From Candidatus Gastranaerophilales bacterium Zag_111 (GTDB lineage Bacteria; Cyanobacteriota; Vampirovibrionia; Gastranaerophilales; Gastranaerophilaceae), in contig MOYD01000024.1 in NCBI GenBank assembly GCA_001899395.1, positions 436 to 64,435 on the forward strand: DNA of 64,000 nt. The letters run 5' to 3'. Shown piece after piece: positions 35,530 to 46,325 of the stretch. The notes below the pieces were generated by a model. It was not told the DNA's origin, did no database searches, and was given only the letters and a program-made list of their open reading frames with translations. A program made the position numbers and the translations under genes. Numbering within the stretch: the first letter of the stretch is position 1; each line of letters opens with the position of its first letter.

Positions 35530-35750
35530 GAGTGCCTCTCGTTGCTTGTTATTTGGTCGGAATCTCCATTTACAGCGACCGCCTTTTTTGGTGCTGTCAC
35601 GGTCGCATTTTAGCGACGCTTGAAAAGCTTCATTGTCGTAGGTTGTAAAGCAAGCCCATATTTCACCCCCTTCTTGATGCCTATGATTAGGTTTTGCGTT
35701 GCGGTTGTTTTTCTGTATGCCATGAAGCTAGTCAACATTTTATTCATTTT

Positions 35751-35975
35751 TCAATCCTCCATGGTGTCCAGTCCGATGTAGCCGACTTCCAGACTCCAGC
35801 GACAGAAATCTTCTAAATTTTCCATAATTTCCCATTCGCTGTAGTTTTCAAGTGTATAGTTTCCGTACCGCTCAAGGGCTGTTTCACGTGAAACATTTTC
35901 GAGGTTGATGGCAACCGCATTAAAGCGGTGACTTGTAGCGTTTTCGATGGTTTCAATTGCATTGTAAACAGTCAT
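35751..35975 (-). CDS. Hypothetical acidic protein
   Basis: Intact 74-aa ORF downstream of the 36071 promoter. Confidence 0.5.
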   Translation of the reverse strand: MTVYNAIETIENATSHRFNAVAINLENVSRETALERYGNYTLENYSEWEIMENLEDFCRWSLEVGYIGLDTMED

Positions 35976-36070
35976 GATATAACCTTTCTACGCCGTTTGG
36001 CGTTTCACTGTTTGCCGGTGCGATAACCCTTATTTCGGAGAATGGTTTTTAACCCGTCCTTCTATATAAT

Positions 36071-36098
36071 ATTATACTCCTTTTTTTTAGTTTGTCAA
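36071..36098 (-). promoter_or_regulatory. Promoter cassette (leftward)
   Basis: Reverse complement reads TTGACA, 16 nt, TATAAT. Confidence 0.65.
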
Positions 36099-36267
36099 GG
36101 ATTTTTTCAAAAAAAAATACACAAACCTTTTCAACTTTACAAGCCTGTTTTTGTGCAAAATGACGAACGCCTATTTTCAACCATTTTCTGTCATCTGTTA
36201 ACATTTCAGTCATAATTTCTGGTGTCATGGTAAAATATGTCATCTGTTAACATTTCAGTCATAATTT

Positions 36268-37325
36268 GAACTTTTCAACTTTTCAACGTTGAAAACTTTT
36301 CAACTTTTCAACAATTCTGTTAAAAATTTAACAATCGCATTGCATCTGTTGAAAAGTTGAAAACTATGTTAAAAAGTTGAAAACTATGTTGAAAAGTTGA
36401 AATGTTGAAAGCTTTACATTCAATTGTTGAAAAGTTGAAAGCTTTACATTCAATTGTTGAAAAGTTGAAAACTATTAACACTCAACTGTTGAAAAGTTGA
36501 AACTGTTGAAAACTTTCAACAATCCTGTTAAAAATTTAACAATCGCATCCCACAAAAAGATTGAATTTATTCATAGTTTGTTCATAATTTGCTCCCCCAA
36601 TTGTGGAAAACTTTTAACTTTTCAACAATTAAACTTTTCCACTTTTCAACGTTAAAAATTTTCAACTCTTCAACTGTTGAATTGTTGAAAACTTTCCACA
36701 ATTTGTTGAAAACTTTCAACTTTTCAACAAGTTAGTTATGACTAACTCCTCGGCCCTTCCTCGGCAGAACATACGAAATTGTTGAAAAGTTGAAAACTAT
36801 GTTGAAACTGTTGAAAACTTTCAATTTTCCACTTTTCAACTGTTGAAAACTTATTCATAGTTTGTTCACAATTTCCTCGGCAATTGTTGAAAAGTTGAAA
36901 ACTATGTTGAAACTGTTGAAAACTTTCAACTTTTCAACAAGTTAGTCATGACTAACTCCCTGGCCCGCCACCCTTGAACAATTGAAATGTTGAAAAGTTG
37001 AAAACTTATTCATAGTTTGTTCACAATTTCCTCGGCAATTGTTGAAAAGTTGAAAAGTTGAGACGCAATTGTTGAAAAGTTGAAAACTCATTCATAAATC
37101 ATTCAATTTGTTAATAGTTTGTTCATAATTTCCTCGACAATTGTTGAAAACTATGTTGAAATGTTGAAAACTATTAACAATCTGAGTGTTGAAAAGTTGA
37201 AAACTATGTTGAAAAGTTGAGACGGACTGTTGAAAACTTTCAACAACGCACAGTTTTCAACAGTTGAAAAGTTGAAATGTTGAAAGTTTTCCACAAATTG
37301 TTGAAAGTTTTCAACTTTTCCACAG
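36268..37325. repeat. ~1.1-kb array of GTTGAAAA / TTTTCAAC octamers in both orientations
   Basis: Dozens of copies, often as GTTGAAAAGTTGAAAAC. Higher-order ~120-180-bp units. Interspersed AGTTAGT.ATGACTAACT palindromes at 36731 and 36941. Confidence 0.9.
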
Positions 37326-37491
37326 GGGGTGGAAAAATTTCTAATTTTGTTCATAATTTGTTCATAAAAAGGCCGTACCAACAAATCTTCAGAACTCATT
37401 TTTTAAATTTAAATATCAATCATTGGTACTAACAAATCTTCAGAACTCATTTTTAAATTTAAATATCAATTATCAGTACTAACAAATCTTC

Positions 37492-37851
37492 TTAAAAAAT
37501 CTCACTTACCCTATCATAATCTTCTCTATTTGCATATACTCCTAAAAATATTATTCCATTTATATTTTCCGTTAATTCTATTTTAGACATTTCCCATACA
37601 TTTACTTCTAAATCTAATTCTTCTGCTTCATCTATTGTTAATAAACTTACTTTTGATTCTACAATATCATCTTTATCATAGATTAGATATAAACATAGGT
37701 GAGTTATATTGTTTTCTCTTAACTTAGGCAAAAAATCTTTTAATTTAAGTCCATTTCTTTTTAAAAAATTATAATATTCCATATAATCTTCTATTCCTAT
37801 AAGTGATTGTCTTTTTATTCCATTTTCTGGTCCATAACCTAAAATTTCCAT
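37492..37851 (-). CDS. Hypothetical protein
   Basis: RBS AAGGAGG. Intact 119-aa ORF. Confidence 0.6.
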   Translation of the reverse strand: MEILGYGPENGIKRQSLIGIEDYMEYYNFLKRNGLKLKDFLPKLRENNITHLCLYLIYDKDDIVESKVSLLTIDEAEELDLEVNVWEMSKIELTENINGIIFLGVYANREDYDRVSEIF

Positions 37852-37972
37852 TGGTATTTCCTCCTTAATAGTTAGTAGTAGTTAGTAGTAGTAGTTATTA
37901 ATTAGTAGTTAGTAATTAATAACAATTAATAAAGAAAATAGAGAACTCTATTAATCTCTATTTTCTAATTAT

Positions 37973-38001
37973 ATTATACCATAAAATTTCTTTAAAGTCA
38001 A
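37973..38001 (-). promoter_or_regulatory. Promoter cassette (leftward), divergent with 38026
   Basis: Reverse complement reads TTGACT, 17 nt, TATAAT. Confidence 0.65.
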
Positions 38002-38025
38002 ATTTTTATTATTAAAATCGAAAAT

Positions 38026-38054
38026 TTGACTTCTTAAGAAAAATATGCTATAAT
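38026..38054 (+). promoter_or_regulatory. Promoter cassette (rightward) at the head of the late block
   Basis: TTGACT, 17 nt, TGCTATAAT. Followed by a ~300-nt ORF-less leader. Confidence 0.7.
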
Positions 38055-38362
38055 TATATTATAGAGAGAAATAAAGTAGTAAATAAGTATATAAACTATT
38101 ATATTTTAATAATAGAGAAAGCCGCGATAGCGGATTTCAAAAATTTTAATTGGTCGAGCGTTAGCTCAAACGATTACAAATTTTTAAGGGGAATCGAGCC
38201 AAAAGAAACGTATTAAGAGAACGGCGGCGAAGCATTGTATTTTGGAATTGTAGTTAGTAGTAGTAATATAATAGTTTATTACTTTTCTCTTGTTTGACAA
38301 TTGTAAAGGAGGTGATAGTAATATTTAAGTTGGATTTTACTATTGAATTATAGGAAGATAGA

Positions 38363-39535
38363 ATGGAGTTTTTAAAGAAAAATGTTGATTTAAAATCTTT
38401 GTCTCAAAAAGACCTAGAATTATGTACTAATTATGTACTCTATGGAAAAGACAAAGATGGTACTTCAATGGTTGATAAGAAGCTTATTTATATTAAATCT
38501 AAACATAATTCTTATTAGAGACAAGAACCTTTATCTCTAGAAGCTTTATTAGAAGATCCAAATTTTGAAGAATCGTAGTTAAAAGAACCCACTAATATTT
38601 ATAAAAAGATTAAACCTTCAATTGATAAGGAAAAAGTTAAAGATATTCCTGGCATGGTAGAGTTATGGGAAGAAATTGATAAGTTAGATTAGTTTATTTA
38701 GATTTAGGAAGGCAAAGTTAAACCAGAATCTCCTGTTAAAAAGGTTGATTCAAAAACCCTTTATACTCTAAAACACACACTAATAGATCTTCGCCGCCAA
38801 TAGTATATTTTGAAAGATTCTTAGTTCCCTGAGATTTAGCCGAGAAAAAACTATTCTTAGTTTTATTCTAACAGCGCCGATTATTAGGTTAATTACTAGG
38901 TTTTTCCTATTGGAGTTATGAAAGACGAACATGACATTAGATTTACAGAGCCTTGGAGAGATAATAGCAGTACGGCGGTGCGAAATATTGAGGAAGAAAT
39001 TAAGCAGTTGAATAAAGAAGGAAAATTTTATTTTAATTTCCTTGATAAGAATCACATTTATCAATTGTGTTTATATTATTATGAGGTTAAGGATTTAGCT
39101 AGAAAACATCCTGATTCGCTTTTAAACAACCTATTATTAACTCTTGATTTCTATATTGATAAAGCGCATTTAAGCCCGCAGCAAAGATTAATTCTTGAAG
39201 ATAAGAAACGTAGAATGAAGAATGAGGAAATTTCTATTCACTTGTTTGAAGAACTAGGCATACATCACTAGGAAAACTATATTAGTACTATTTGGAACAA
39301 AACTTGTAAGCTCGTGGCCGCTGCAGCAAATTTACACTATGATGAGTGGCTGGCGAGAAACTATGATAAAGCGTGGAAAATTTGTGGATGTTGCGGCAAA
39401 AAATTACTTAGGGACACTAGGAATTTTGTTAGAAAAAATAACTCATATGATGGGCTTACTTTAAGATGTAAATAGTGTGATAAAAAAAAAAGGTTAGGAA
39501 TACTAGATTTAGAGGACGGGGTTAAAAATAAGTGA
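38363..39535 (+). CDS. Putative late-gene regulator (sigma region-4-like HTH plus C-terminal zinc ribbon), 13 in-frame TAG
   Basis: One frame is open only with TAG read. LSPQQRLILEDKKRRMKNEEISIHLFEELGI resembles sigma region 4. CGCCGK..CKQCDK ribbon. TGA stop. Confidence 0.5.
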
Positions 39536-39729
39536 TTTTCTTTTGAGCTATTAGATACTATAGGCTTTATAATTATTGTTTTGCCGTAAAACTTTAATTT
39601 CAATTGAATTTCAATTGTTTATTCAATTGTTTCTTAAAATACAATTCTTCGCCGCCGTTCTTACAATGAATTTTGGCGGCAGAAAACGTATTAAGAAAAT
39701 GGCGGCGAAGCAACGAGGAGGACAGATAA

Positions 39730-39978
39730 ATGGAAAAACAATTAATGGAATGTTTTACACATTTCCAGCTTGTTGATCTAATCGGATTTGCAAATATACT
39801 CCAAGTTCCCGAAGAAGAAAATTTTGAAGATTACGTGGTTAATATAGTTGAGGCTTTTGATAAGAAACCTAGACGTATTAGAAAAGAACTTGTAAAGCTT
39901 GCAAAGCAAGTTAGAGACAACAACATAGAATATGATAAGGAGATGGCGGCGAAGAAATGTAACCCTGATAGTGAATAA
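39730..39978 (+). CDS. Hypothetical protein
   Basis: RBS GAGGAGG. 82 aa, no TAG. Confidence 0.55.
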   Translation: MEKQLMECFTHFQLVDLIGFANILQVPEEENFEDYVVNIVEAFDKKPRRIRKELVKLAKQVRDNNIEYDKEMAAKKCNPDSE

Positions 39979-40901
39979 TGGCGGCGAAGCAATGTTTACT
40001 ATGTAAAGAAGATAAGTCAATTGCCAATTACATATCGGTCAAGTCTAAACTCCTAAATGGTGTAATGCCTATTTGTCGCAAGTGTATTGCTAATACAATT
40101 GCAGAAGCAAAAGAGAGCGAACTTTGGAATACTGTTGACAAGCTCTGTCAATTGGCTGACGTACCTTTTATTCCCGAAGAATTTGAACGAATTTATAAAA
40201 CAAATGGTACTGATGCCTTTGGCGCCTATTGTTATATTTTTAGAGATAAACCTTATGATACTCTGGATTGGAAAATGTACAACGAGGTTTATTTGAGAAT
40301 TCAAGAGGAAGGACGAGTTGAGGACGCTCTGCCTGAAGTGAAAGCAGATAGAGAGAATAAACTTCGTTCTAAATGGGGCGCCGAATATGAGATTTCAGAT
40401 TTAGAGTATTTGGAAAATCTTTACCAAGGTATTGTTGCTACAAGCGGTGTAGTAGGTAGTTTGAATGAAGATCAAGTATTGAAAATCTGTAAAATCTCAC
40501 TTATTATTGAAGAAAAAATAAGAGCTGGCGTTGATTTTTCAAAAGACCTTAAAGGTTACGACGACTTGTGCAAGCTCGCAGGAGTTACAACCTAGTCGGT
40601 GAAGGACGGCAGTGAATTCAATTCTGCTGGTGAAATCTTCGCTTACCTAGAGAAATTAGGTTATAAAGTTAAGTACTATGATGGCGCAATTAATGATGAA
40701 GTAGATAAAACCATTAAAGATATACAATATTGGATAAGATATTTATATGTTAATGAGACTGGTGTTGCTTCTGAAATTCAAGAGCGCATTGAGGGACTTA
40801 AGACTGCTGATAAGCTTACTGGTGAAAATTTTGACTGGGGAGAATATCGGCAATATGTAGAAGGAATCGATGAAAATGAGGACTTTGAAATTGAAATTTG
40901 A
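39978..40901 (+). CDS. Putative small terminase subunit (assigned by position), 1 in-frame TAG
   Basis: ORFs 39978..40595 and 40599..40901 share a frame, joined by TAG 40593. N-terminal CxxC..CxxC. Immediately upstream of terL. Confidence 0.45.
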
Positions 40902-40910
40902 GGTGATAGT

Positions 40911-43310
40911 ATGATATTAATGCCCGAAGCTATCGCCGCCGCAACAACGAGATTATTCAAAACAAGAGGAAAAACATTTTATAGAAATGGAATTCAATTG
41001 GAAAAAGGTGCAGTAATTAATGAGAATAGAATAAGATATAATTTAGATTTGTATGAATATTATTTTGATTTATTCAGCCAATATCCAGATATATTTATTG
41101 AATTGATTACTCCAACTGATTCAAAATTTAAACTTAAATTTTTCTAGGTTATTTTTCTAAGAGCTTGTCTACGTTATGGTCGTGTATCAGCTACTATGCC
41201 CCGTGCGGCTGGCAAGTCTTTTATTTGTATTTTAGCACTTTATTTGATTTGTATTTTTAGACCTAGGTCACACGTCAAGAAGGGCGCACTTATATTGTGA
41301 AGTGTAAGTGAAAAGATTAATTAAAAGCTGGGAAATTCTAATACTATTGATACTCGTTGCGCCGCCGCAATTTACTTAAGGCATTTTCATTGTGCAAATG
41401 GCGGCGAAGAGTTGTGAAAACAGAAACAAATTAATAGTTGGCTCATGGTTAAATCCTAAAAGCTGTGATAATGAATAATCAGCACCAAAAAGATTAAAAG
41501 AATCTTGGTTCAACGACTATTCCCTTGAGGAAGTAGGTAATACCGAAAAATTAATCGTCTTAGTAATAAGAATTGATATAGTCTAAAAGCTTTTTATGTT
41601 CACCTGGTCGAAATCAGGGCGTTAAAATTGCAACAGAAAAAATTAAACAACTATTTAATATTTTTCCTTTGTTAAAAAATGAATTAGTGGGAAATGGTAA
41701 TTTTTCGAATGATTATGTTAAGTTGACATTTAGAAATGGCTCATTATTCGATGTAATGACGCCATTAAACTCCACTCGTGGTAATCGTGCTACGTGTGGT
41801 ATTATAGATGAACATCGTTAGATAGCGATGTAAAAACTGCCTAAATTGCGGGAACGCCCTTAGAGCTTTAATAACTAAACAATTATAGTGATATAATTGC
41901 GGCAAGGTATAACGGCTTTGGTATAGTAATATAATTAAAGATTGGGTAATCAAATGCAGCAAATCTTCTCTTGAGAAGAATGTTCAGAGACTATGTAGTA
42001 AGACTTCGGTCTGAAAAAGGCAGCATATTTTTATATGATGATATAGTCCAATCCCTAAATAAATATGTCGAAAGACAGGGTTCTAAATGGATCACAACGC
42101 AGACGATATCAATGAGATCATTCTGCCTTTACTCAACGTTGACCGCCCTATGGTCAATGGAGACATAAATGAGAATGAACCTCAACAGGTTCAATTCTGG
42201 ATTTCGTCAGCGGGAGATAAAAATACATATAGTTATGATAAGACAATTGAATTATTTGAACAATAGATAATCTAGCCAAGTAAAGTGTTTTGCTTTGGAA
42301 TGGATTATAGAATTCCAATTATTTCAGGATTATTAACACCAGCATACTTGAATGAAATTAAATTGTCACCGACCTTTAATGAAATAAGCTTTGCAAAAGA
42401 ATATATGTCCCGATTTACTGGTGGCTCACAAGATGCTTGGTTTGATTTCGAGAAACTGGATTAGAATAGAACATTGATTAATCCTGAGACTCATGAGAAC
42501 CTTAAACCTGGCATCAACGCATACTATGTCATTTCAGTGGATGTGGCTCGCATAGGATGTTAGACGGTTGCCACTGTACTCAAGGTATTTCCTGATATAG
42601 AAAATGGATATAGAATTAATTTGGTAAACATATACGTACTCGGTAAAACGGAAGAGGAAAAAATCTTTGACAGATAGGTTGCAGAGCTTAAGTACTTGAT
42701 AGAGCAATTCAACCCTAAGGTCGTGATCATAGATATAAATGGCATCGGAATTTCCTTTGCAGATGCAATGATTAAAGAGACTTTTGACGAAAAATTTCAA
42801 GTAATGCGCCCAGCTTACGGCTTTAATAATAGAGAGGAATATTTACCTCTACAACCTCGTGGCTGTGAGAAGATTCTTTATGGAATTAAAGCAAATGCGC
42901 AACTTAATAGCGATATGCACTCTGCTTTATATTCAAAAGTCTATTCTGGCAAGCTTAAATTTTTAATTTCAGAAAGTGATGCAAAAGTTAAACTTCTTGC
43001 AACTAAAAAAGGGCAAAGAATGAGTCCTGAGGATAAGAATAAACGCCTATTACCTCATGAAATTACCTCTATTTTAATTAATGAAATTATGAATTTAAAA
43101 CTCAAGCCAACAGGCAATGCAAATCAGATTGCTGTTGAACAAATTAATGAACGGACATTAAAAGACAAGTTCTCTGCACTGGAGATGGGGATTTATTGGA
43201 TAGTACAAGAGGAAAACACTTTAATGTCTCGCCGCCGCAATAGAGGTTTAGGTGGTAAAAAAAGAACCTTAGTATTTTCCGGTAGAGGAGGTGGAGGTGA
43301 TAAAAGATGA
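40911..43310 (+). CDS. terL: Terminase large subunit, three exons (40911..41275, 41599..41818, 42090..43310), 6 in-frame TAG
   Basis: Walker A MPRAAGKS (exon 1), Walker B GIIDEH (exon 2), nuclease-domain-like exon 3. Frames are restored exactly by the two predicted introns. Confidence 0.8.
41276..41598 (+). ncRNA. Group I self-splicing intron (terL intron 1, ORF-less)
   Basis: Core GTTCAACGACTATTCCC..GGAAGTAGG..GATATAGTC is like the T4 td intron. Predicted P1 ACGT/GTGT and P10 TTCAC/GTGAA. Terminal G at 41598 (41589 is an alternative). Confidence 0.7.
41819..42089 (+). ncRNA. Group I self-splicing intron (terL intron 2, ORF-less)
   Basis: 7-bp P1 ACATCGT/GCGATGT with U-G at the splice site. 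Core GTTCAGAGACTATGTAG..GATGATATAGTCC is like the Tetrahymena P7 region. Terminal G at 42089. Confidence 0.75.
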
Positions 43311-44893
43311 CAAAAGATAAAAACGAAATGTCAACAGAAGAACTTCTTAAATTTCAGCGAATTGAAACTTTTAAAAATGAAATTAAATCAATGATAGCAA
43401 CGAGTAAAGAAGCTCTCGTAAAAACAGACAATCGTGAAGCAAAAAATCGCTATCGCTGCCACTATACAAAGGAAGATATTAGAGATATTGTAGCAGAGGG
43501 AGATGCTGTTGCTCGTGCGGAATTATCAAAATATTTCTTTTCTATAAGCGGACTTTATAAAAGAATTGTTTTGCACTATGCAACTTTCTTAACTTATTCT
43601 TGGCTTCTTGTCCCTCATATTAAAAATTAGCTGAAGGACAAGTTAGATGATAAAAAGAATATGAAAGTTTACTACGATGCCGCCGATTTTGCATCGAATT
43701 TTGATATTGAAAGAAAATGTTCTTTATTTGCAAAGGATGTTTTAGTTCAAGGCGGCTGTTATGGAATTATACATGATAATGGGGACAATATTGTAATACA
43801 AGATTTGCCTTTTGAATATTGTCGTAGCAGATTTAAGAATTCACAAGATGTTGATATTGTTGAGTTTGATATGCGATTTTTTGATTCAATATCAGACGCA
43901 GATCTTCGTGCCCAAATTTTAAAAACATATCCAAAATGTGTTCAAAAAGGATATACTAGTTTTAAGAGTGGCCGAGCATCTAGTCCTTGGATTTATTTAC
44001 CAGCAGAAATTGGAATTTACTTCACATTATTTGAGGAACGTCCTTTCTTTTTGGACTTAATTCCTTTAATTGACGATTTAGAGGATTATAAGCAAATTGA
44101 TAAGGATAGGAATTTACTTTCCCTAAAGCGAATTTTAACTCAGAAAGTTCCAACTGATGGAATGAATCTTGTCTTTGAGCCTGAAGAAGCGGCTGAAATG
44201 CATGAAGGTGTTCTTGAAATGCTCGCTAACAATCCTGATGTTGATGTCGTTACTTCATATAATGATATTGACCTTTTGGATTTAAGTAGTGATGCAGATG
44301 AGACAACTGAAGTTACAGATGCGCAACAACTAATTTACGATTCTGCGGGCGTATCAAAAGAACTTTTTAGTGCTACAACTGATACAGGTCTTACTTATAG
44401 CTTAAATAACGACCTGTCAATGATGATGGTCCTAGGACAAAGATTTTCAAATTTTTTCACAGCATTGATTAATAATAAATTTGCTACAAGAAAATTAAAG
44501 TTTAAATTACTAATTTTACCAATTAGTTTTTATAATAAAGATGATTACACTTCTAAGGCTAAGGATTTGGCGGCGTTTGGATATAGCTTCTTAACGCCTA
44601 TTCTATCAACTGGTATTGACCAAACTAACTTAGCTGACCTTAAGACTCTTGAAAATGAAGTCTTGAATTTGGACGAAGTATTAACTCCTTTACAATCTGC
44701 ATATACACAATCTGGTAAAACTAATGCAGTAACTGCTGCGGCGGCGAAGTCAGCGGAGGAATCAACAGAGGAGAAGGATACAGAGGAATCTGAAGAAAAG
44801 ACTGAAGAAGAATCTAAGGAAGAAGAATCAAAGGATAATGGAGGTGAAGATGAAAATGGAGAACAAGATAACGGATCAAATGCTAAATCTTGA
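43307..44893 (+). CDS. Portal protein (by position and size), 1 in-frame TAG, acidic C-terminal tail
   Basis: ORFs 43307..43630 and 43661..44893 share a frame, joined via TAG 43628. 528 aa. Directly after terL. Confidence 0.6.
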
Positions 44894-46325
44894 CGTAACA
44901 GTTTACGGCGCACAGGAAAGGCTTACTGAAACTCTCTCTAAATCTCGTGTACGAATTTTTTATAAGGGTCTTAATCGCAATCGTACATTTATATCAGAGA
45001 GCTTTGCCGCAGAACTGATTAGTTCACTCCCATATGCTCCTATCAAAGGAATTTTTGATAAGGATACAATGGACTATGAAGATCACGGCGAATTGAACTC
45101 AGATGGGAGGATTTACGGTATTATTCCTGAAAATCCAAACTTTAGATGGGAACGCTTCACCGACCTAGATGGTGTTGAAAGAGAATATGCTTGCGCCGAT
45201 GTTATTCTTTTTACTGCTCTCTATCCCGAAGCAAATCTAATTAGCGGCAAGTCTCAATCAATGGAGATTCACCGCAGTGGTTTGACGGGAGAATGGAAGA
45301 TATGTTAGGAGGATTAGATGCCTTATTACGAATTCCTTCATGGACATTTGTTAGGATTGCAAGTGCTTGGTGAGGAAACTGAGCCATGTTTTGAGGGCGC
45401 CGCCTTCTATTCATTAGTTCAGAGTACTGAGGAACTACTCCACTACATTAAAAATTCTGTTGAAAAGGGAGATGAGATTAAGGCAATGGATAAGAATGTT
45501 TTCAAATTGGCAGACGACCATAAAGTTGGTCTTTTATATGACGCTATTAATACTAGTGAAACTGACTGCAATATTATTGTTGATGTTCACTGTGAATATG
45601 TCGTTTATTTTGATACTACTGAGCAAACTTTTAAGCGGGCTGATTACACGTTCGATTCTGAGAAAGATAGTGTTGCTATTACCACTACAGAATCTTGCAT
45701 TATGGAATTCGCTTCTACTGAAAAATCAGAAGTTGAAGTTGAAGATACTTTTGCCGCTGAAGTTGAAGCTCTTAAAGCTGAAAATGAGTCTCTAAAGGCT
45801 CAACTCGAAGCTTTTGCAAAGTCAGATGAAAAGAAAGAGGATGACGAGGAGTCTGAAGAAGATGAATCAAAGCCTGAAGAGAAAGAAGATGAAGACGATG
45901 CAGAAGATAAGAAGAAAGAAGCTGAAAAAGAAAAGAATGCTCTAATTCAGTCTTATGAGGAAAAAATTTCTGAAAAAGATGCTGAAATTAGTAGATTGAA
46001 TCAACTTAACAGCGACATTACTAATGAAAAAACTCAGCTAGAGGAATTCAAGAAGTCAGTTGATACTGATAAGAAACTTGCAATCCTCGAAGAGTTTGCA
46101 AGTTATCTAACTGAAGAACAGTCTAATTCCTATAAGGAAAAAATGGACGACTTTACAGTTGAGAACTTTAAGAAAGAAGTTTGCACTGCTGCATATGATG
46201 CTGATCCCTCAATGTTTAGCAAGAAGGATTCAGACGATTTGGTTTACAAGATTACAGAAGATAAAACCAATGAAACAGGTGCATTGAAACTTTTAAATAA
46301 ACATAGAAAAGGAGGGAATAAGTAA
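44850..46325 (+). CDS. Scaffolding-like protein (globular N-domain plus acidic coiled coil), 2 in-frame TAG
   Basis: ORFs 44838..45308 and 45318..46325 share a frame (TAG 45306, 45315). The EAL-rich heptad and EDE-rich region is typical of scaffolds. Confidence 0.55.

Noticed and set aside
36049-36243. Minus-strand ORF of 64 aa
   Set aside because: Its 3' half overlaps the leftward promoter at 36071. It also contains a 27-bp direct repeat (GTCATCTGTTAACATTTCAGTCATAATTT, two copies). It is probably non-coding.
36268-37325. Possible CRISPR array, or coding region (ORF 37151..37399 on the minus strand)
   Set aside because: The repeats are 8-bp words in both orientations without unique spacers of constant length. 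The ORF translation is a low-complexity repeat artefact.
41765-42168. ORFs 41765..41962 (-) and 41971..42168 (+) as intron-encoded homing endonucleases
   Set aside because: They are about 65 aa with no LAGLIDADG, GIY-YIG, HNH or His-Cys motifs. The plus-strand ORF crosses the predicted 3' splice site.
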